64,000 nt of DNA. Origin: Tubulanus polymorphus (taxonomy: Eukaryota; Animalia; Nemertea). The notes beneath the pieces were generated by a model. The model was not told where the DNA came from. It saw only the letters and a list, made by a program, of their open reading frames with translations, and made no database searches. The translations under genes were made by a program, and so were the position numbers. Positions 57,437 through 64,000 of the stretch are shown piece after piece. Location of the stretch: positions 33,001 through 97,000 of the forward strand of contig NW_027437460.1 of the NCBI RefSeq assembly GCF_964204645.1. The letters run 5' to 3'. Each line of letters opens with the position of its first letter. The first letter of the stretch is position 1.

Positions 57437-58863
57437 CTTCACGCATCTGGTCTCTTACGTGGTATATGATTAGATTTACATATTAATTTTTGTTAACGCG
57501 TCCTAAGATAAAAGAGGGTGTGATTGGCACAACAATTTCACGGGTTTATTTCATTACTTAGTAGATCGCGACATAATAGGGGCATTAAATTCACGGGTTG
57601 CATGTTGTGAATTATTTCTAAGTTAAATTCTAGGTATTAAATAATTACGATAAAAGCCGATTTCTTAATAGATAAATGTATCGTAGTAATTGAATAATGG
57701 AGTGGCCACAGGCGATATTTCCAACAAATTAAAATGCGCGCATTTGTTGGAAAATTATCAAATAAACTACAAAGGGTATATCGATCCCCCAAATTCCTCA
57801 ATTTTGCCAGTGTCTATTTTAGTAAAGCAGAAAAAAAACAGTGACCGATGAAACCAAATGCTAATATTGATGCGATCTTCTTCTTCCCTTTGAATCCCTC
57901 AGTGCCAGTCGGGTTCCGATTATGAAATAGAACTTTAGTTCCCACTCCAACAAATTCGAAATTACCCTTTTGGATTTGAATCTGGATACGCGTCCGTTCA
58001 AGTTGTCTTTCATCGACTGGTCTGATAGCGATTGTTCGAACTTTGAACTTTGAATTTTGTCTATATTTGCACAGAAAACCACGAGGGAGTCAACTTTATT
58101 ATTTAAGTAGAAAATGCAGTAAAGAGAGCTAAGATTTTACTTATGGATTATCGTAAGCACCGCATGCTAGACCACGGCAGTTTCATCGCCGGAACCCCGA
58201 TATACACTACAAATTCCAATCATAGCTGATTCATTGCCGAGTCATAGCAACATTTCATATAACATATTTGAAAAAAGATGAAATGAACAGATTTAATTAT
58301 CGATGCGGGTGGGAGTATTGTGGGCTATATTTCGTCACTGAATGTGTCGGAATCCGATGCGGCGCGGAGAAACTTTATTTCTCAGGCTCAGCTCACCCCG
58401 TCTATTCTCAGTAAAGAAGTTCAATTCAAAAAACACTATATTTTTCATTTGAGATGTAAAGCCGTTGCATTGTGGCCCATCGCAGATACACATGCTTTTC
58501 ATCTCCTTTAATGCACATCATTTTCATATTCAATTACCGATACTTCGATAAACTAGCTGCGGATTCTCGTCGCCGACCAGGACAACAACTGTCACTCAAG
58601 CCGGCGCCAAAGTGGCGAAATAAGCTGTTTCAATTGTTCTCTTAAAGCTGGTATCATGCGGTAAATATTGTAAATACTGTTCACATTTTTTCTATAGTGC
58701 GTTCTGTGTGATAAATATTTATCTCTTGATCCGACATTTTCTCACTATTGACAAATAAAGTTTTAATTTGATTGAATTTAACCGTCCGGATCCACAATTC
58801 GATCAATTCAATCAAGCTGAATATATTACATTAAACACACTGACCTGGTTGCGTTATAAAGTA

Positions 58864-61800
58864 ATGATTAAATCATTATTTCTGGTGACAGTTTTTAGTT
58901 TATATTCATGGCCTCCAGAACGAGGGACATGGACAAAACAATTTTACCCCCGCCATCACCCGCAGCAGCAGCAGCAGCAGCAGCAGGTAAGAGGAGCCCG
59001 AGAAGAGACGAGCCACAATCAATGATTGACGACTAAAAACAAACCAGATGGTGAAAGGCACAGGGTTATAATATAGGCCTAGTAGGGATACTAGTGGATG
59101 ATCTAACCTATTTCACGGGCGTTATTTTGGATTATTGATTTTACACACTTTTTTACTACATTAAGCCCGAGCCCTGTTTGCTTTTCACGGCACTGCCCTA
59201 ACTTAAACTTCGACATAAGCTTCTCATGTGACCTAGGCCTATGCATATAACGCAGGTCTGTACTGGGTGCCCTGTACTGGGTGCCCTGTACTGGGTGCCC
59301 TGTACTGGGTGCCCTGTACTGGGTGCCCTGTACTGGGTGCCCTGTACTGGGTGCCCTGTACTGTAGTGTATGTGAAGATGACCTACATTTTTCCTACATT
59401 GTTTAGTACGGTAACACTATACGCAGGTCTCTGCAGGAGGGTTTTTAAAATTTGATTTAATTGATTATTATTTCTAGGATGTGATGATGAATTGTCAACG
59501 ACCGCTGATGATATTAGACAGAGCTATGATAGCAGGAACTCGTTTAATCGTTACAGGTTTGTCTCTAGGTGAAACTCCGCTCGGGTACTGGCACAGCTAC
59601 TGTGGCAAGTGAAGATTCCACCTATGGCAGGCGAGGATCCGCCAGGTGTCACTAGTAGTTACTCGGTTATTGCGCTTCAATTTTTTCTACATATCAATTA
59701 AATTCGTATTAACTTTTCTCATTAATAATCAATTTCCAGTAAAACTCCTAACTTATGTACTCAAACAGGAATGTCAATGTTTGATGACTTGTTTGAGATA
59801 GTTTCATTATAAGAGCCTGGAGCCGTTTTGAATCCAGTTCAAATTTCATTGAAAATTAACTAATATTCACTACGTATAACTGAGCGTATTGTTACGCCAA
59901 CCTGGTGTGTGCCGGTATCCCAATCTAATCTCATTTTATTGATTGTGACTGATTTTGTTATTGATTGTTTTGTAGGTGATTGTAAGAATAATGATTCTAC
60001 AGTTTTATCTCAACTCGATTATAAACTACAGAATGTTTATTGTTTAGATGATGAAGGGCTGTCATTAATATCAGCGGTAATAAGTTTGATTTATTCTACC
60101 CTGTATCCAGGGGGGGTTTGTTACACCCGGTCCGGCATGTCTCCACCAGGGGGAGTTTTGAGGTGGTGTCTCTTGGATCTATATGTGGATCCTAGCTACA
60201 AACAGACTTTAGACCCGCGTACTTGTTCAAGGTGCGTAGTGTTGTCATTGTGTTGTTTTGTCTATTTATAACAGGTGGATGAATTCAACCAATCAAATCT
60301 TCACACTGTCACTGGTACTATCTCATTTTACAATCACTTTGTAAGTGGCTTTTTAATAGTATATTATTCTGTATTTGAGAGCCATACAATCGAAATATTG
60401 CTCAGTATTTTCTGTATTTTAGAGCCATACAATCGAAATATTGCTCAGTATTTTCTGTATTTTAGAGCCATACAATCGAAATATTGCTCAGTATTTTCTG
60501 TATTTTAGAGCCATACAATCGAAATATTGGACAGTGATTTATACAGACTGACTATTGATATAATCAATACGAAGGACTCCTGTTTTGGTTGGTTCTTATC
60601 AATTATCATTATTTGATTCTTTATTGATTTCGTCTATATTTATGAGAGGTTGTTTATTTTCAGTAAAGGTTGAAACAATTGATTTGACCGAAAGTCATTT
60701 ATCACCAAGAGACAGATCATTTCAGATTGTAAGTTACCTTTAGAAGTCTTTGAGTTGTGAGTTGAAAGTAGAATCTTACGCTCTGTAGAGCTGAACATTC
60801 ATTGATTTCATTATTCGATGTATTTTCAGTCATTATTGAATCTAGTTGTTGCGTATATAATTCTGTTAATGGTTTGGATTGTAACCGATGAAGGTGCAAC
60901 TCGTCAATCAATGTTCTATTTCAATATATTAGTCACAGCGATTGTTATTGGTAAATATACAATGATTTCTATAATAGCCTGCATCTAAATTATAAACATG
61001 ATTTTAATGTAGTTGATTTTTATTTGACAGGAATTATTAAAACAGTTAGTGAATATTACATGTATTGCGTATTAGCTGAAACCGGAGAACCAGGTGAGAC
61101 ACCTATTATCCAGTTAATGCACTAAGGAAAACAGAGCTGATTTATTTGTCTGTTTTATTTTATAGATTTATTTCTAATGTTAGTGGTTTCAATCACTTCA
61201 TTCTGTTTCCATACGATTGTCATATTTGTGTCATTAGTTCTATTTGGAGGATATTGGATTACACCTGCACCGGCAGCAGCGTGAGTAACTCTACCCTAAA
61301 CCCGTAATCATCGTCACGCTGTAATCCATTCAGTAATCAATGTGTATTTTTAATTACAGGGAACCTCAGCGGATGAAGTTGAAAATATCGACATGTTCAT
61401 TATTATATTACATCATTCTATCATTGAGCGTAGCTGGATATAAATCAGTTATACAAATATTCATTATATTCAACGTAAGTATCGTTGATTTGATGCTACG
61501 TCGTACCACCAGAGGGCGTTGTATTTGTAAGTGTGACTTATTTTTGTAGGATTTCGAGATGGTTTATACACAGTTTACACACAATAGATTCATATACGAT
61601 CTATTCAATGCTTTACTCACTATTACTGTATCCTTTTCATACGGAGAAATATTGTGAAACCCCCTCTTCAGATAGTAGTTACTGAGTTATACATGAGTTC
61701 TAAATGAGTTCTAAATGAGTTTTATATTGAGTTTCCTTAATAATGAATTAACAGCAAGCCGTGCTTTGTTTAAGAACATTCCTGAAATTCCGTTCATTGA

Positions 61801-62309
61801 AGAGAAAATTGATGAATATTCCAGTTGTATTTACAAGTGTTGTCTGTTTGTTATTGTTCGGTGAGTTCCATAACACTCTTCGTCATTCTCCTCATCTTCA
61901 TCTCTCTCCTCATCTTCATCTCTCTCCTCATCTCTCATTTTATTGATTTTTCAGTAGTGGATATTGCGTTTATTTACGGCGCTGATTTTAATGTGAATCA
62001 ATCTGATTGTATGAGTGTAAGTAAGGCCCCCTGCTGGATCGATTAATTCATTAAGATTGAGATTAAGATTGTTGATGTTTGTTTTTAAAGCGTCGTCCCG
62101 ATGAGATGTGGTTTCTTGCTGCTCGATATGCTCTTATACAATTCACATTGCTCGCTGTATCAGTTTTATTGTACAGAGTTCTGAATTTTAAACAGTAAGT
62201 CTCTCTTTAATTACTGACGCTCAGTTTATCTGCTGTATTTGTTGTTATTCAACTTTGATAGATATTTCATATCAATTTTAGGGATGATTCCGATGATATG
62301 ATCGCATAG
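58864..62309 (+). CDS. TMEM87: Divergent TMEM87-like / GOST (GOLD domain + seven-TM, 'lung 7TM receptor') family protein, 15 coding exons, 434 aa
   Basis: Hand-spliced join(58864-58986,59478-59556,59976-60076,60275-60340,60509-60587,60664-60728,60830-60950,61031-61093,61166-61280,61360-61474,61550-61627,61755-61860,61955-62016,62091-62194,62282-62309) = 1305 nt. All introns are GT-AG, all phases are compatible and there is no internal stop. Signal peptide MIKSLFLVTVFSLYS. Collinear matches to TMEM87A/B as I recall them: PERGTW~PELGLW; YKLQNVYC~WYLKSADC; HLSPRDRSFQI~YLTLEDYPLMI; AYIILLMVW~VYVLFGVLW; TGE...GGYWIT~KGE...LGYGIV; DCMS|RRPDEMW~TCQS|DWRELW; LLYR~VLWR. The last exon is less certain (an alternative AG at 62260-62261 gives QYFISILGMIPMI*). 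The symbol denotes family, not orthology. Confidence 0.8.
58963..58986 (+). repeat. (CAG)8 microsatellite in coding exon 1 (polyQ), abutting the splice donor
   Basis: cagcagcagcagcagcagcagcag|GTAAGA at 58987. Confidence 0.95.
59258..59363. repeat. 14-bp perfect minisatellite (CTGTACTGGGTGCC) x7.5 in intron 1
   Basis: Identical copies every 14 bp from 59258 to 59342 plus a partial copy; this explains the ORF at 59267. Confidence 0.97.
60367..60529 (+). repeat. 43-bp tandem repeat x~3.8 spanning the intron 4/exon 5 boundary
   Basis: AGCCATACAATCGAAATATTG starts at 60380, 60423, 60466 and 60509, each preceded by TTCTGTATTT(T/G)AG. Confidence 0.95.
61628..61754 (+). other. U12-type (minor spliceosome) GT-AG intron
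   Basis: The 5' site is GTATCCTTT (61628-61636). The branch site TTCCTTAAT (61733-61741) lies ~14 nt from the CAG acceptor (61752-61754), with no polypyrimidine tract. Removal keeps the frame (…LLTIT|QAVLCL…). Confidence 0.9.
61887..61933. repeat. 18-bp pyrimidine-rich repeat (TCTCCTCATCTTCATCTC) x2.6 in intron 12
   Basis: Copies at 61887 and 61905, partial at 61923. Confidence 0.85.
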
Positions 62310-62372
62310 AGCATTTGTGGCTTAAAATGGGGTCCCAAAATTAACTTTTTTTTCATATTACATGTAATTTGT

Positions 62373-62378
62373 AATAAA
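62373..62378 (+). terminator. Candidate polyadenylation signal AATAAA for the TMEM87-like gene
   Basis: AATAAA 64 nt after the TAG at 62307-62309, with a second at 62476-62481. AT-rich context makes chance occurrence plausible. Confidence 0.35.
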
Positions 62379-62510
62379 GTCCCTGGCTTCATTTAGCCTT
62401 ATTTAGCATAGGCCTAAACTCAATTCATTATACAGGCATACATCAAATAGCCTATGCATGTATGTTTATAGGCCTAATAAACAGTAACTTTCTGAAGAGA
62501 AATGAAAGGT

Positions 62511-62671
62511 TTTGCGCAAATCTGTAATTCAATGTAATTCACTGTAATCGAGGTGTAATAAGCTGTAATAGCTGTAATAGCCAGATAAAACCAGTAATAT
62601 TTGGCATAAATCTGTAATTAAATGTAATTCGCTGTAATTAAAGTGTAATAAGCTGTAATGACTGTAATAAC
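62511..62671 (-). repeat. ~1.8 inverted copies of the 91-bp repeat unit
   Basis: aaatctgtaattcaatgtaattc...ccagataaaacc...tttggcataaatctg is the reverse complement of the downstream unit. Confidence 0.93.
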
Positions 62672-62687
62672 AGGTTTACAGGTTGCC

Positions 62688-64000
62688 GGTTTTATCTGGT
62701 TATTACAACTATTACAGCTTATTACACTTTAATTACAGCGAATTACATTGAATTACAGATTTATGCCAAATATTACTAGGTTTTATCTGGTTATTACAGC
62801 TGTTACAGCTTATTACACTTCGATTACAGTGAATTACATTGAATTACAGATTTATGCCAAATATTACTAGGTTTTATCTGGTTATTACAGCTATTACAGG
62901 TTATTACACTTTAATTACAGCGAATTACATTGAATTACAAATTTATGCCAAATATTACGTATGTTTTATCTGGTTATTACAGCTATTACAGCTTATTACA
63001 CTTTAATTACAGCGAATTACATTGAATTACAAATTTATGCCAAATATTATGTATGTTTTATCTGGTTATTACAACTATTACAGCTTATTACACCTCGATT
63101 ACAGCGAATTACATTGAATTACAAATTTATGCCAAATATTATTAGGTTTTATCTGGTTATTACAGCTGTTACAGCTTATTACACTTCGATTACAGTGAAT
63201 TACATTGAATTACAGATTTATGCCAAATATTACTAGGTTTTATCTGGTTATTCCAGCTATTACAGCTTATTACACTTTAATTACAGCGAATTACATTGAA
63301 TTACAAATTTATGCCAAATATTACGTATGTTTTATCTGGTTATTACAGCTATTACAGCTTATTACACTTTAATTACAGCGAATTACATTGAATTACAGAT
63401 TTATGCCAAATATTACGTATGTTTTATCTGGTTATTACAACTATTACAGCTTATTACACCTCGATTACAGCGAATTACATTGAATTACAGATTTATGCCA
63501 AATATTATTAGGTTTTATCTGGTTATTACAGCTGTTACAGCTTATTACACTTCGATTACAGTGAATTACATTGAATTACAGATTTATGCCAAATATTACT
63601 AGGTTTTATCTGGTTATTCCAGCTATTACAGCTCATTACACTTTAATTACAGCGAATTACATTGAATTACAAATTTATGCCAAATATTACGTATGTTTTA
63701 TCTGGTTATTACAGCTATTACAGCTTATTACACTTTAATTACAGCGAATTACATTGAATTACAAATTTATGCCAAATATTACGTATGTTTTATCTGGTTA
63801 TTATGACTATTACAGCTTATTACACTTTAATTACAGCGAATTACATTGAATTACAGATTTAAGCCAAATATTACTAGGTTTTATCTGGTTATTACAGCTA
63901 TTACAGCTTATTACACTTTAATTACAGCGAAATTACAGTGAATTACAAATTTATGCCAAATATTACGTATGTTCTATCTGGTTATTACAACTATTACAGC
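62688..64000 (+). repeat. Second tandem array, 91/92-bp unit built from ~10-bp ATTACA sub-repeats, >=14 copies, runs off the right edge
   Basis: Unit starts at 62688, 62779, 62870, 62962, 63054, 63145, 63236, 63328, 63420, 63511, 63602, 63694, 63786, 63877 and 63970. Consensus: ggttttatctggttattacagctattacagcttattacactttaattacagcgaattacattgaattacagatttatgccaaatattacta. Confidence 0.97.

Noticed and set aside
57810-58082. Minus-strand open frames upstream of the GPCR as extra coding exons
   Set aside because: No convincing donor/acceptor pair links them in frame. The GPCR already has a complete N-terminus.
59267-59455. Cys-rich repetitive ORF MPCTGCPVLGALYW...
   Set aside because: Translation of the 14-bp intronic minisatellite.
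58908-59556. PolyA frame as the main N-terminus (initially suggested an SLC38A9-like 'RY' motif)
   Set aside because: It hits TGA at the start of exon 3. The polyQ frame gives a signal peptide and a continuous TMEM87-like protein.
59909-62046. Plus-strand ORF-track entries at 59909, 60275, 61340, 61761 and 61825 as separate small genes
   Set aside because: Each is a single exon of the TMEM87-like gene with intron read-through.
62961-63602. Two near-identical 91-aa ORFs
   Set aside because: Translations of the 91/92-bp repeat. The unit lengths are not multiples of 3, and the duplication reflects the 366-bp HOR.

Overview
Eukaryotic (metazoan, probably invertebrate) genomic DNA. The evidence is GT-AG introns, one U12-type intron and a rhodopsin-family GPCR; no prokaryotic features were seen. 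Positions 1-~53,620 are one head-to-tail satellite array of about 175 copies of a ~306-bp monomer. Each monomer is built from three diverged 102-bp subunits (A/B/C). The array has local 9-13-monomer higher-order repeats, three 204-bp deletion monomers, a layered variant pattern and a degenerate right edge. All ORF-track hits inside it are spurious. A gene-containing block follows within 3 kb. It holds an intronless class A GPCR (minus strand, 56387-57436) and, head-to-head with it, a 15-exon gene missed by the ORF track (plus strand, 58864-62309; 434 aa reconstructed by hand). That gene encodes a highly divergent TMEM87/GOST-family (GOLD + 7TM) protein. It carries a U12 intron, a CAG repeat readable as polyQ or polyA, and a 43-bp tandem repeat that quadruplicates one splice acceptor. 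A second tandem array (91/92-bp unit, with an inverted junction) starts ~200 bp after its stop codon and runs off the window. All analysis was by eye; no searches were run.
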